In this document: in pieces, positions 24,908-39,032 of the stretch
How positions within the stretch are numbered: position 1 is the first letter of the stretch
Layout: every line of letters starts with the position of its first letter
Assembly: GCA_964188305.1 (NCBI GenBank)
Contig: OZ076888.1
Reading direction: 5' to 3' (one strand)
Length of the DNA stretch: 64,000 bases
Source of the DNA: Podarcis bocagei
Lineage: Eukaryota
The notes under the pieces: model-generated
Databases searched by the model: none
What the model was told of the DNA's origin: nothing
The model's input: only the letters and a program-made list of their open reading frames with translations
Made by a program: the position numbers and the translations under genes

Positions 24908-27106
24908 GGGGGGCACAGGAAGGAAACAAGGTCAGAAGGAGACCACAGTTGGAAAATTTGGAAAACATTGCATTAAGCAACAACAGCAACAATACATAGA
25001 AAGGCGCTTAATTGTCTTTGGAGTTTATCTCTTTAGACATTAATTCCCCCCCCCCCCGCAGAGTCATGTTTAGTTACCAGGAACAAATCCTAGAGAAAAA
25101 TATTACTGAATGTGACCTGTATTGGAAGGAAAGGGGGGGGCACAAATAGGGGAAGTGGAGTAGGTAGCCAGATGGTGGTGGATCTGTGGAGGGTGTGAGC
25201 ACGTGTGCCTGTGTTCTCTATGTGAGGTTAAGAAGAAGGGTGGGGAAGGGACAGCAACCAGGTGGTGACCCTGGCCTAAAGCTTAATGAAGGGAAGAATT
25301 GACAGTAGAAGGCAACAATAGATGACAATCTGTTTGGTTTCGTTACAGAAAGGGAATGGTAATTTCTGCTTTGTATGAAACACGTAAAATGGAAAGTCTT
25401 TGTTAACTCCACCCCGCTGGGAGAGTTCACAACAGAAACCTGGCGTAAATATTTTAGCGTCACATCTCCGGGGAATAAGAACTCTGTCAGGTTGTCATGT
25501 TAGGTTTGTGCCTGGATGTCGTTTCTATCTCTAATCAAGTCCAATCCAACCGACTACTTGTATCTATACTCTTTTGTCTGATATGTCTGCTTGCTGCTCC
25601 TCTCTCCCTCCATTTTGACATGTGCCCACCTGCCCATCTGCTCTTCTGCCCATCTGTGGCTGCCTCTCCTTGGACAGCGAGGGGCCTCAAGGTGGCCTCG
25701 GCAAGAGCAGGTCAAACACTCCTTTGGTCTATTGTCTCAGCTTTGATTCCCCAGAGCTCCATTCAACTCTACTCAGCCCATCCTCCTCCTCCTGCAAATT
25801 TCTCTTGCTTTATTATTCTGTTAGGTGTTGTTTCCTATGCTCCTTTTTTGTCCTGCCTGTCAGTCACTCTATTCCCCATCTGTGTATCCACTCATCTCTC
25901 CTTTCCCATTTCTGCCAGAAAGCCATGATTATTAAGAGTTGATATATTTGCATTGTATTCAGACATGCTCTGTAATTATCCAACTGAAGCGCATTTGCTT
26001 TCAGTGCATTATGGATGCGAACAATATTTGAAAGACCACAAACATAAAATAAATATTTGGCAGTTAGATGCAAGGTGTTAGCATTCAGCACTTGTTTAAG
26101 CAGGTTGAAATGGGGTGCCAAGCACTAGAGGCATTTAAAGGGAGGTTAATGGGAATGCACAGGCAGAATAGATTGTGCAGATTTGGCACTGACTCAGTCA
26201 TTGATGCTTAACAATTTAGTTTTGCTGGCCTCTCTATTTTTGTGCCGCCGCTGACCTAAAAATGCAATATATTTCTAACTGCAAGAGTTACTGCCTAAGC
26301 AGACAATAACGGGGAAAGTGTGTTATTATAGGCAGCTGTATCTCCATACACCAACTTTGAATGGGAGTGTGCATTCAGAATCTACATGGGGCTTTATTAA
26401 AATCACGCATGAAAGAGTGGGGGGGGGGGAGCAGACTCCAAGTAATGACAAATGATGGAGAAATTTGCATACTCCAAGTTCACAAAAAATAGTATTTATG
26501 TCAATTCTCTTCTCTTTAATTAGTCTAATTAAGCATTTCTTAACAGAAACAAACTTGGATGCCTTTCTCAAGTTCATAAGAACTAATCAGTACCCTTTTC
26601 TTAACCATCTGTCTGCCCATTCACCCATACATCCATCTCCACACTACTTTTCTTTTCATCTCTCTGTAACAGCTATCTCCCCATCTGTCCATCTAGCCAT
26701 CCAAATAACCCTCCACCCCAATGAGTTCCTATTTAATTCCTTGTATCTTTAAGGCTCCCTTTTGTTAATGTGCAGAGCCTGGGTGCCTCTTTACGTGGTC
26801 CTGACAACTTTTGTAAGGCTCGCAGTTTTGCCCACTTGCCTGCCTGAAAGGTTATTGCTGTGGGAAATGTTGCTAACTGACCCTATTCCCAGAGCGTTTC
26901 AGGCTGCAAAATATAAATACGTACAGCACACTGAATTTCGTGCGTGAGCAAGTTGTAATTGCAGGTCTAGACTCATGGTGTGTGCTTTAGCTTGGCTGGC
27001 TCTTGCTATAGGTCTGCTTGCTTTGAAGACTGCTTTCTCTCATATCCAGCAGACATCCAAGTTAAGAAAGAAGGTCTTTTCCCACTTCTTCTAAAATTTT
27101 GCAATA

Positions 27107-27348
27107 CAGTGGTACTTCAGGTTAAGAACATAACTCATTCTGGAGGTCCGTTCTTAACCTGAAACTGTTCTTCACCTGAGGTACCACTTTAGCTAATGGG
27201 GCCTCCCGCTGCCGCCGCGCTGCCGCCGTGCGATTTCTGTTCTCGTCCTGAAGCAAAATTCTTAACCCGAGGTACTATTTCTGGGTTAGCGGAGTCTGTA
27301 ACCTGAAGCATCTGTAACCTGAAGCGGCTGCAACCCGAGGTACCACTG
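27107..27348 (+). mobile_element. Tigger-like MITE (CAGTGGTACC termini)
   Basis: TA-CAGTGGTACTTCAGGTTAAG...AACCCGAGGTACCACTG. Near-identical to the reverse complement of 45729-45970. The strand label is relative. Confidence 0.88.
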
Positions 27349-27924
27349 GATTGACTTGAGCCAGTAAACATTTGCTACATCTTCCTATTTCAGATAAGCC
27401 CAGTTTTGTTATTTTGCTGAAAGATTCCCCCACAACCACCACATTTCTAACACATTCAGCTCATGGGGTAGAATTTTCCCCAAATGCTCAGTGCTTACCC
27501 AATTTTACCCTGGTGGCAGTTATTTGTATTTATTATAGAGCCACTTTTAAAGAACAAAAATCTACTTCATAGCCCATTGTCCCTCTAGCAAAAAGAAGGC
27601 AGGATTATTTCAGTTTTTAAGTTTCATGCATGCATTTACTGGCACTTGCTGAACCCCCCTTCCCCAGTGCCACTGAGGCGTCATACCTATGAGGCCCTTG
27701 GTGAGTTGGCTGGTTTGCATCATGCATAAGCTGATGGCAGGGGATGAAAGTGTCAAACTGGATTGTTCAATTTCCTTTTGAGCAGGAGAGAAACCTGTGA
27801 GGTAGGTTAAGGAAATGTAAACCTTTTAACCTTTAGTATTTTTCTGTTAAACCACACAGTCTCACATGCATCATAGTCACAGAGGTCACACACATAACTG
27901 CTAACACATCACTTCACATAGTTA

Positions 27925-28291
27925 CCGTATTTTTCGCTCTATAACACGCACCGGACCATAAAACGCACGTAGTTTTTAGAGAAGGAAAACAAGAAAAAAA
28001 ATATTCTAAACGAAATAGTGGATATATGATTTTTGTGGTTCATGCTGTGGCCACAGACATGTGATCTGACAGTGAGTTTGGAGTAGCCCAATGCAAAAAT
28101 CCTGAGGATCCATGTGGATCCATGCTTTGTAACTACAGAGGAGGGAAGGAAGGGGAACCATGGATCCTCTGCTCACGACTGCAGCAGATCCCCCCCCCGC
28201 CACCCACAGGCATTCGCTCCATAACACGCACAGACATTTCCCCTTACTTTCTAGGAGGAAAAAAGTGAGTGTTATGGTGCAAAAAATACGG
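27925..28291. mobile_element. Tc1/mariner-pogo MITE (CCGTATTTT termini), long copy
   Basis: TA-CCGTATTTTTCGCTCTATAAC...GCAAAAAATACGG-TA. Inverted relative to 20308-20476. Confidence 0.85.
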
Positions 28292-31109
28292 TATATGTAC
28301 TCAAACTCACATACATGAATACAAAATCAAATAGTTCTGCTCATTCTATAAGCATCCCAACTACAGTATACGATGGCACTTAGAAGCTTCTCCTGTAATT
28401 TTTGGTGCTGCACTCCATAGTACTATTTCAGGCTCTGGAAAGGGCACAATCATCAAACATCTACAAGGAATAGTTACTATATGAAGTGTGGAGTAGAATA
28501 AGATGATCCTAGCATTTCCAGGATACACACACACACACACAAATGTGTGGATGCAATTTATACTACTTTGCCTTTCATTGAGAAGAAAATCTGTCCTTAT
28601 AGCTTGATGGCATTAATTTATTGGCCAAGCTGACCACTTCAAAAGCTAGAATTTAAAATACTATCCCTCCATGTATTGAATTGCCAAGTTGGCTGCTCAC
28701 TTGTGAAAAAGACTCCTAACTCTTCTTTGACCATTTTCACATATTGCTGTTCTGAAGCACAAAACGTAGAGATGGAATTGACAAAAGAATCGTGCCTTAG
28801 CTAGACACACCTGTCCATTCCCCTGAAGACCAGTCAACCAGTATATAGTCACAAGATATCACTTCACCTGCTGGATGTGAGAAGGTTTAATTTCACATAG
28901 GGAAACTTTCAAAACAGGTTTGTAATAAGAGAAAGGAAGGTGCTTTCCCCATAAATAGCACAAGGTGCCAGTGTGCGTGTTAAATATCACAATATTAGCC
29001 CAAACCTCTGTGATAAAAATACCTCATTTGTTAAGGAAGGTGTCAGCAACATCGGATACCAAGTGTGTCCCATGCTGCAGTAGGGGTCCCTTCACCAGTC
29101 TCTGGAGACTCCTTGTCCTGCAGCTGCAAACCCAGGAACCAGTACTATCTGCTGTTAGAAAGTTTTTTTTATTTAAAAAAGAAAATTCAGAAAGATTATC
29201 GTTTCTCAAAGTGGCCAGTAACCTTTGTAAAAGTAAAATGGAGTCAAAACACACTAGTCATCTGGGGTTTGAGCACTATTCTGAGCCAGTCGTTCCCAGT
29301 GGAATTAGGAAGGGGCTAATCAGATGAGTGATCTTTCATAGGCGGTATAGTCATTTGTTTCATTTTTTTATTTCCTGCTACCTTCCTATCTCTATCCCAT
29401 TTTGTTTACTTTGCTCATTTGGTAGTCAAAAGAATATAATCCTAGTGGGAAATGTCTAAACTGGTAATCTTTGTTTGTTTCCTGAGTTCTAAGTTTATCT
29501 TACTATTAAATATGTGGATCTCATTCTTCTTTACAGGAGATATTAATTATATTTTGCTGGTAACACCAGATGCCTGGGCTGATCTTTACATAAAATATTA
29601 AGAAGGTCTGGAAGCCTTCCAGGAGATGTTCAGGATAAAGACTTGCACGAGGGTCAATAAAGTTTGCTATATCCATTATGCCAACTTTGCTGAACTACAG
29701 AAATAAATCATAGAAAAAGTTCAGCTTGGCACACACACCATTTCAGGCTTTCCATGGGATCTGGCTGCCCCTGTGATAACAGGGTGCTAGACTAGATAGG
29801 TGTACCGGTACTTGGTGTGATCCAGCAGACTTCTTAATTTTTTATGATCTCAACCTTGTTCTGGGAGCAAAGATAAACACACTGGTAGAGCTGTGCTGAA
29901 GGCATTTGCTGTGCTGAGGCCAAGGGTGAGTCTCAGTGAGGACTACAAGGCAGTCTGAACTCTGTGCCTTTGAATGCACCAAATCTGAGGTGTAGAATCA
30001 GACTGTTAAAGCTGGGAAGCCACTAAACAATTATTGTGTTTTTAAGAGGTTTGCATTGTGAGTCACTTTGAGTTCATCTGGTGAGGGGAAAGTGGGATAT
30101 AAGCTTTCAAAGTAAATAATAAAAGCATAATTGGTGTTTCTATCATCGATGAAATTGATATTTATTCAGGTGAAAACTAATCCAAGCATGATTCATTCTA
30201 CATAAGATGCCCTTGCGTTTATGCAAACCGAGTTCTTTATAGAAATGTAGGGTAATTTATCAGAGCTTCCAAGAACATATGATCAGCTTCCACTTTGCAA
30301 GATTCCTCACATGCACCCCAGTGCTAACAGGGTGAGAAATCTCTTTCTCAAGATTCCTCTTTTGAACTTCCATCTGTGTGGTTTTGTAAAGACGTTTCCG
30401 CTTCAGATTAATTCTTTCCCTTTGTGCAATGATGCTGGGCAATCCATCTGAACGAGCAATGATGAGGAGGCCTCACTACTACCGCCCGCCCACCTGCACA
30501 CCAATTTGATGCCGATCATCTTTGCAGCATTATCCATGTTAAACAGGCAGGAGCACCAGGGGGGGTTTGTGAATGTGGCAATTAACAAAACAGCAATCAA
30601 GCTAAGTGTTTAATTTCAGAAAATTATCATCTTCTCTGAGCGGATGTGGAGAGATAAAAAAATAAAAAAATAAAAAACCCAGGATTAAATGTGCTGTGTA
30701 AACAAAGGCAATGCTGGACTGTCAACATCACCCACTGGAAAGAATAAGCAGCACCTCACTAAGTGAATTCCTGAACACTCACCCGAAGCAGGAAGCATAA
30801 AAATAAGAGCTGAGCACACACATCCACTCAAACCCTGTTCTGAAATGATTCGTCATTTTTCAGTCCTTTCCTCTCTTTCAATTTTGAGGAGGGGTGTTGG
30901 GGGTTTATTGGGGGGGGGGGTTGGAGTGGATGTCCGTCAAAATAAATTGGAGTCTCTGCCTGCGGATGGCAGGCAAAGCCAAGCCAAATACAGCAAGGAA
31001 GACTAAGCATGTTGATGAACTAGAGAAAGATGCGAGAAAAAGGGAGATGCTGCCACCAAAGCAGCCCCAAGGGGTCCTTGGTAGGAGATGGATTACATCA
31101 CCAGCATCA

Positions 31110-31413
31110 AACAGAGATGAGAAAGAAATTTGGTTCACTTTGCACTTTAATGAAGTGAAATGCAGCTGCCCTTCCAACATCTGCACTTTTCCGAATTTTG
31201 GAACACAGTTCTCAAACAACAAAAAATGGGTGTGTTAGGGGAAAGTGTGCATTAGAGTGCTTATATTAGTGAAAAGAAAACACAAAAATGCATCATGTTG
31301 GGGGAAATTCACACTAAAATTCTGATAAATATTTGTGAGCACTTTTAATAATTTTAAAATAAAAAATTCACAAAGAGATGCAGAAATGTGGCAAGCTGTG
31401 CTTAAGATTGGAG
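31110..31413 (+). repeat. Unclassified AT-rich dispersed repeat (related copies at ~39457-39840 and ~41310-41590)
   Basis: The three copies share TGCACTTTTCCGAATTTTG, CAAAAATGCAT and GAAATGTGG...TTAAGATTG motifs in the same order. Confidence 0.6.
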
Positions 31414-31426
31414 ATATATATATATA

Positions 31427-31493
<67 letters not shown>
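31414..31493. repeat. (TA)n microsatellite
   Basis: Direct reading. Confidence 0.95.
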
Positions 31494-31497
<4 letters not shown>

Positions 31498-34009
31498 AAC
31501 CCCCACTTTCAGGGGTGCAGCATTTGTACCCCCACATACAAGACAGTGGAGACAAGGATCAATTTAGGTAGCTGGCAGAAAAGTGGGAAGAATGTTAAAA
31601 CTGTTTCACCTCCTCTGAAATATTTTGGTAGCATTATTCTCCCCTAGCCCTCTGAAATCCATTTCCTCATTTGAGTGCCAGTTTAATCACACCAAAACAA
31701 TTAATTTTTTGGGTGGGGGATCTGCCTTCAGGTGTTTCATTACAACCATAAGCTAATCTGAAGAATGTTTTCTGTGGTTTGTAATAGATTGTTTGTAATA
31801 GATTTGTATGTGTCACATACTGGCAATTCCAATGTGATGTGTTGTGTGCAGATCAGCCTTCCACAAGCTGGTGCCCTTCAGATATTTTGGACTACAACAT
31901 CATCCCCAGCTAATGGATGTAGTCCAGCACAACTGGAAGGCACCAGTGTGGGGTAGATTGGTCTACACTCTGAAGTTAGATGTAACTTGATGTGACAAGG
32001 GAGATCAGTGTTTAGGAGCTCCTTGCTGTTTTTAAGAAAGCCTTAAATACCAGCTGTGGGAGGATGATTAATAGTAATAAATAGTGTTGTTTCCTGCCTG
32101 TGGCTCCCCAAAGTGGCTTCTAAGCAATAAAAGACAAAACAAATTAAAATATACCAATGCTATTTGCAGTGTAATATTGTAATGTATGACATCATATTAA
32201 TGCAATGTGCAACATCAGATTGCTGTGTAAATGAATGGCTGAGGCATTCACATCCTTGCTCATTCAGAGGGATTGGCCATTCTCATGGCAACTGTTCTCC
32301 CACTCCAAGCTTGGGGAAAAGGTACAGATGCCATCAGATGCATTTATTACTACATGGAGAAATAGCAGGTTGAATGGTATACTAACTGGGGAAATGACTC
32401 AGGGAGGAAGGGATAACTCTTACACTCACCCCACCCTGCTCTTTCCCCAATACCATGGTCTTGATCTGATTTCCACCCACCCCACTAGAGCTGGTTGGAT
32501 GGTTTGTAAACCACCAGAGATCCCAGTCACAGATCTCTCATGTCCCATCCTTAGACCAAGGAGATCTGGGTTCAGTTGACCATGAAGCTCCCTGAATATA
32601 ATGAGAGTTTGAAAAGATAGTGGCTTGACTGAGCTCATTTGCCTATGGAGCTGGCTCTCTTCTCTTTCGTCCCTCTGTTATCTCTGATTAAAAAGATTTT
32701 GCAACTTCTTCCAAAAGCTGTGAACAGAGATAAAAACATCTATGCTCCACCTCTCCATATGCTCAAGGCTGGTTTCAATAATATTTTTTAAAAAATAGTT
32801 TTACAAAGCCTAACACATTTTGGCAACAGAGAAATCTAGACCATTAACACCCCCCCAGCAATTATGATGCCTCTATAAATACCACCAGCAGCTACCTCAA
32901 ATATGAGGCAAAGTGTAACACCTGCCTTTCAGGAGTGAAGATTTCACATAAAGAAAAACAGCAAAGAGAAACTGGTCCTAAGATAGGAACATTTGTGATT
33001 TTAACAGAGTAGTAGTAGGAAAACAAAATTGACCATGTCACTCTTAAGAAGATTGCAAGTGGTGACAGGACAGATTCCCCTCAGCTTGATTCAGAATCAG
33101 GGCATAGTATTATAGGCCATGTATTGTGTTACCTTTGAGCTCTGTACTCTTAATCACAGCTCAGTTCAAGCTATGACCAGAAAGGGAGGGGTACTTTAAG
33201 ACTGAGGAGAGCTATGGGCAGGCCAGGGGAAGTTCCAAAGGGCACAGGAAAAAAGGACCTGTGCAATCCTCAAGCCTGGGATTTCTGTCCCAGGTCACAT
33301 AATACATTATGTAAAGATGTTTCTGTGTTCTCACCTTAGCCTCTATTTCCTTGACCTTTTCAATTTGAGTCTAGTCCCAAAGCTTTCCTCCCAGAAGGCT
33401 TTGTGCTAAATGCAAGTTAGATGAATGGCAGCCACCAAGCCACATCATTTTGTAGTTCAATAACATTGTTAATTTCAAGATGAAAATCAGTGAAAGGAAT
33501 TTCTGAAGCCTTCTTTGAAGCCTTTTCCCCAGCTGCTTCTTCAAGCTTATTTTTTGACTCCAGAGGAACTCAGTTAAAGAAGGTTGCAGGGAGAAAAACA
33601 ATAATGTCCCTTCTCGCTCACTGCTGCTCTGCCCACTCACTACCTGGTAGGACTTACCATTTTACAACTATTTGTATTCCTGATTTCATCCAGTCCAAGC
33701 CAGCATGGCCAATGGTCAGGGATGATGAGAACTATAGTTCTCATCAGAAGGACCACAGGTTCTCCATCCTTGATTAATTGTATATGCTCCAATCCCATAC
33801 TGCTCTGGGTGTTTGCCCTGCATATTTGCAGAATCTGCATTCATTTGTATGAGTTGTAACCCAAACTTTACACTGCTGCCTGTAAAGATTTATGGAGTGG
33901 TGGGCCCCCTCCCGCATCTGTAGCCATTGGCCCAATGCTATTATACAACAGCTGTAAAATCAGCTTGGGATCCAGCAGATCCCAGGCCATCTCAGCCCCT
34001 CACAAGCCA

Positions 34010-34011
<2 letters not shown>

Positions 34012-34059
<48 letters not shown>
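34012..34059. repeat. (CT)n microsatellite
   Basis: Direct reading. Confidence 0.95.
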
Positions 34060-34063
<4 letters not shown>

Positions 34064-34480
34064 ATATTTATTGCAAAACATACTACACAAACAGACAAAA
34101 AGAATACCACAATGACAACTAAATATTAATTGACTATACATCATCTAACATCACACACTGATGTTAGTTTTTGACTGCTGATTTACCTCATTGTGCTTTC
34201 TAAATATTCTGAAGCCATATCCACTTCCTGTTATATCTATTACATATCAAGATTTTTTTTACGTTTATAATTTTCTTCAATATTCAAGATTCAATCTATA
34301 CCTGTCAGGAGATTTGCATTTTCACAATATTGTTTTAAATATTCTTTAAATATTACCCATTCTTTGCTCACTTTCTGATTTTAGTGTCCTCTTATTCTCC
34401 CAGTCATTTTCACAAGTTCCAGGTATTCTATCATCTTCACCTGCCAGTGAAGCTTTGTAGAAATTAAGTCACCTTTCCAA
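34060..34480 (-). mobile_element. L1-like LINE 3' end remnant
   Basis: The minus strand of ~34385-34447 reads WQVKMIEYLELVKMTGRIRG, resembling reptile L1 ORF2 C-termini. An AT-rich 3' region ending in the (GA)n tract follows. Confidence 0.55.
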
Positions 34481-35789
34481 TTGGAAATTATATCGGCCAC
34501 CCTCACTCTCACCTGTATGTTTGGCAGGTGCAAGGGGGAGTGCTACATTGACTGGGTGAGAAGCACATCAGGGTGGCAGTGGGAGGCTGACTTAACTGGG
34601 ATTAATGAAGGGCAAAGGGATGCTTCCACACAACCTAGCACACATCCCTCAATCCCAGAATGAGGGGGTTTGGCTTGCTCCGTAAGACACCTCTCCAGAG
34701 GTGGGATATTAAAACAGGATGTTTAGCACTGTTTTCATGCAATTAGGATTCACCAGCATCCAGGGACTCCTTTTGATCCTCAAGGAGGCTGCCTGCGAAT
34801 TTTGTATTTAGATTCCATTTTGAGCACCTCATTCTATAGTACATTAGAGTTATCAGCATCATTGTTACTTATATAAAACATCGCTCTACGTTCTGGTGGA
34901 GAGGTGATTGACTGTCGGTAAGCAGCATTGTTCTGTGCACCATTAAATTAAGAGGCTGGCACCACTGCTCACCAGGGACTTAAGGGGCAGTGAGTTCCAG
35001 AGGCATGTATAGGGAAGAACATTTAGAAGACTCTGAGGATTAGTCTCTGCAGAGCCCTCACCACATGCATCAGTGGGCTTTAAAATGAGACACTTTGATG
35101 TCTCAGGAGGACCAGACAGGAAATTAACTTGTTTAATGAAGCGCAAGTTATATTGCCTTGGTTCTGTGTGGACTCCCATCCCCAGCAGGGATTCGAAAAT
35201 AAATGCAGGAGGCAGATTCACGGATGACGTCAGTGATTCTCCAGGACTCTGACTCAGAGCAATGCGGACTCCCATCTGGCACATACGTTTCGAGAAGAGA
35301 TTCCTACTTTGCCACCGTTCAGCTGGTTGTCAGCTTGAATCAGATAAAAGTATTTCTTTTGCTTAAATTAGTCATTTAAAATGTGGAGGGGTGTTTTTTT
35401 TAGCTCACCCTTCATTGAAATCAACCCCCAGTATCCTATCTGTTTCTTTCTTAACAAATTGTGCTAAAAACAATTGTACCCTGCAAAGAAATCACAGACA
35501 TGGCATCCCTTCCCTTCGGTTTTCCCCAGGACTCTTTGGGGAAGCCGTGACTGTAAAAGTGGTAGATGTGCTTTAACTGTATGGTGTGGATGTGACCTTT
35601 TGTCTCCTGAGATACGGGCAAAAGCAGGTCTGGGAAGACATGGCTGGGGTTACAGCGGAAAAGTGGTCAGTGAGCGGGGAAGGGTTATGTACAGGACACA
35701 TACTTGTTTGCCATTTATCCTGCATGTATTTCCCCATCTCTCCTCCAGCACAGACATAGCACATAACTTCCAGGAAGTCCTCAAGTATG

Positions 35790-36650
35790 GCATGTAGGCA
35801 ACAGCTTCTCCTTATTTGTGCCACAGAAACCTGTATTCAGAGATATACTGCCTCTGAACATGGAGACTATAATGACTAAGAAAGGTGGCTAGACCTGTCT
35901 GCTATACCTTTGTCTAATTCATCTAATTATCTGGGCATGGGGGCACCACACAGAATAAGTTCATCAAGAGCTATTAGTCACAAGAGCTATATTGCCTCCA
36001 GTATCAGAGAAAGTAGGTTTCTGAATACTAGTTGCTGGGGAACATTGCACTTATGTCCTTCTTGTGGGCTTCCCAAGGGTATCTGGCTGCCTACTGAACA
36101 GACTAAATAGACCTTCGGTCTGAACCAACAAGACTCTTCTTATGCTACGTTCTTGTATCCTCTTGTAGCAAATTCCTTAAGCTAAGTATGTATGAGTTGT
36201 GTGAAGAAGTACTTTGTTTTCTTTGCTCTGGTCCTATTGACAATCTGATATCAGTGGGCAGCTGGCGTCTAAAATTTTATTGGGATAAAAAATTCAGTCT
36301 ATTCACTTTCTGCACACCATGCACAACCTCTATCACGATCCCCTTAGTTGTCATTTTTCTAAACTTAAAAATTCCCCAGATTCCTTTGGCCTTTTCTCAC
36401 AGGGTTCTTTAACCCCTTGATCATTTTGCTTGCCTATTTTACACCTTTTCTAGCTCTAGGATATATATTTTTGGAGATCGGATAGCATAACAGTGTTCTT
36501 GAGGAGGTTGCATTATACGTAAGTTTATAAAGAGGCATTGCAAGATTTGTTATTTTTATTTTCAATCAATTTCTTAGTGATTTCTTTACATAGAATTTGT
36601 CTTGCTGCTGTTTCACACTATTGATGCTTTCAGTGAGCTGTAAGAGATAC
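35790..36650 (-). mobile_element. Old CR1/L3-like LINE 3' fragment(s)
   Basis: Diverged CR1-type text TGTGTGAAGAAGTACTTT...ATTCACTTTCTGCACACCATGC...CCCCTTGATCATTTTGCTTGCC. Boundaries are approximate. Confidence 0.6.
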
Positions 36651-36959
36651 CAAGAGGCAAGGCTAGTTCATAGCCCAATTGACACATGTTAGGTATTACT
36701 GATTTAAATGGCTACCCTATTCCCCACCAACTTCCTGCCTGGAAGTTTTATATAACCTTCCGCAGTAGAGTATTGCAAACTGGCTCTCATAATCAATTGG
36801 TGTGCAATGCGGAATTTGCCACATAATGTCGCGGTCATATGATTGCTTCACCATCTGTCCCAACTCACAACTCAACTTATTTTTTACTACGCTCTAAGAA
36901 TGTTACTGCACCACAGAACAACAATTATTTTTATTATCGTGTAGGAGTACTAGTCATGG

Positions 36960-37530
36960 TAGTAGTAGTTTAGGAATATTTTTAACCTGTCCCTCACTGA
37001 CAAGCCATCCCATGGTGGGTGTATAATAAAACTATTTAAAAAGTAAAAGAGTGTCACCAAAATATCATAAAGGAAAGTCTGATAAAAACCAATAGCAACC
37101 ATAGCAGCTATAAAAACAGCAATAGTAACACAATTGGAAAAGAACACTGTATTCTTGCCCAGAAAATGCCTATGTGAATAGATGGGTTTTCTGTTGATGA
37201 TTGAAACTCATGAGAGTCAGCAGCAGCCATACATCAAAGGACAGGGTGTTCCATAATGGGGGTGCCAAAATTGTGAAGTTCCTTTCCCGGGTAGCTGCAC
37301 AGCAGATCATATTTGGGAGATATTGGTTGATATTGGGAGAGTGGGGCAGGAGCTGACTCTTCAAGTATTTCAGTCCCAAATTGTATGGGGCCTTACAATT
37401 CATCACAAACACCTTGAGTTTGGTTCGGCCACATATTGACAGCCAATGCCACTCTTTCAGGTGTTAAGTGGTGGTGCTGCTAGGTTGATCAACGCATTGC
37501 ATTTTGTACGAGCTGCAACTTCCAGACTTG
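36960..37530 (-). mobile_element. L2-like LINE 3' fragment
   Basis: Minus-strand remnant KAPYNLGLKYLKSQLLP...RERNFTILAPPLWNTL...KTHLF (ORF 37170-37412), typical of the L2 ORF2 C-terminus. Confidence 0.75.
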
Positions 37531-38583
37531 AAACAGGCTGAAATATTATGTCCCATGGTAAATTGGTCATACAACTGTCTCACCAAATACCAGACGGTGT
37601 GCACAGACCCATTCAAACCTTGCTCAACACACTATTTTGGGTTTTCTGAATTGGTCTTGAGTTGAGAGACAAAGAACAAGTGAAATAAAGCTGAACCACA
37701 ATTATTATTTAGTAAGCTATGTAATGAGGTAGTGGAGATGGAGCCAAAACTGGGTTCTCAATTTTTGCCCCCCACAAATGGGCTGTCATTGCTCCTGCTT
37801 GTCAAGGGCAGGTCACATTGCAGATGACTGCAGGGACCCCACACTGCAGTCACCTTCCGTGCAATCCTTTCTTGATAATTGCTTTGCCAAGAGCAAAGGG
37901 TCCAGCCACACTATTCATAGTGCTGCATATTAGCTGCAACAGCCATTTTATAGATGGCAATATGCACCTCAAGACCGCTGTGCCATCTTGCTAGGGGTGG
38001 ATTGTGTGTACAGAATGCCTCCTTTAACTGATTGGCCTCTTGGCTACTTTTAAGGATGCAATCTGCCAAGCAATGCCCAGCAGAAACCCCCCTGTCTCTT
38101 TTCAGAAAAAAATGTGACCTCCCCCACACCTGCCCCCATTTCACTGTGAAGAACCCTTCCAAAAATCCATTGCAGCCTTAGAAGTGCCTTTGCCATTGTT
38201 CATGTGATGGGGAGGCTAAGGAGAGCAAGTTGTGCTGGCTTCATAGTGAGTGAAAAATATTTTTCCGAATTTGCTTGTTCATTTGCAGATGGGCCTGTGT
38301 CGCTTGCCTTTGATAAAGAGTCCCGAGGAATTTTAAGTTCTAATTAAAAATAACTAGCCTTTTTAAATATTAAAACTTTATTATTTACCGACTGTTCCCA
38401 TTTCATTCCTCTCACTGCAATAATGTTCTTCAAACAGCAATTAAATATGAGGAAACTTTATCACCATGGCAAAGGGAAGGCAGTATTGCTTTGAAAGCAA
38501 GCTCCATTGTAAGCACGCTTGCTAAATGGAGGGGGTGGTGAGACTCTTGATGCATGCCTTCTCCAAGAGCACGTATTCTAAAT

Positions 38584-38696
38584 CTTCCCCAACCGGGTGC
38601 CCTCCATATGTTTCACTCCCATCCACTCTGTACTTGCTAGGAGTCCTGGGATTTACAGTCCAAAACATCTGGAGGGCACCCGGTTGGGAACAGCTG
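38584..38696. mobile_element. hAT-type MITE
   Basis: Exact 8-bp TSD TTCTAAAT (38576-38583, 38697-38704). Inverted arms CCCAACCGGGTGCCCTCCA / TGGAGGGCACCCGGTTGGG. Confidence 0.8.
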
Positions 38697-39032
38697 TTCT
38701 AAATTAGGAAAGGCTAGTTCTTTCATGGAGAATAATCTGCACAGCCTGAGCTAAATTGGAAAGAAAGGTCTATTAGCTCCTCTTTAACCCCACTGGGCTA
38801 CGGGAAAAAGTCTGCTGCCATTTATCTTTAATTTGGCTTCCTATGATGGGGAGGAAAGGGCTGTAAAGTAGTTATAGGAAAACGATACAAAAAGACTAAG
38901 TCTATACCCATCCCTGTTTTGTCAACACTAACATCACTTCTGAGGTTGCATTCCTAGATTTCCCCAGCTTCTTTTCAAACAGCCTCTCCTCCTGCCTAAT
39001 GAGTTTGCGAGAAGCGGGAATAGAGAGGGAAA

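Noticed and set aside
31235-31647. ORFs with (IY)n runs
   Set aside because: They are produced by the (TA)n microsatellite.
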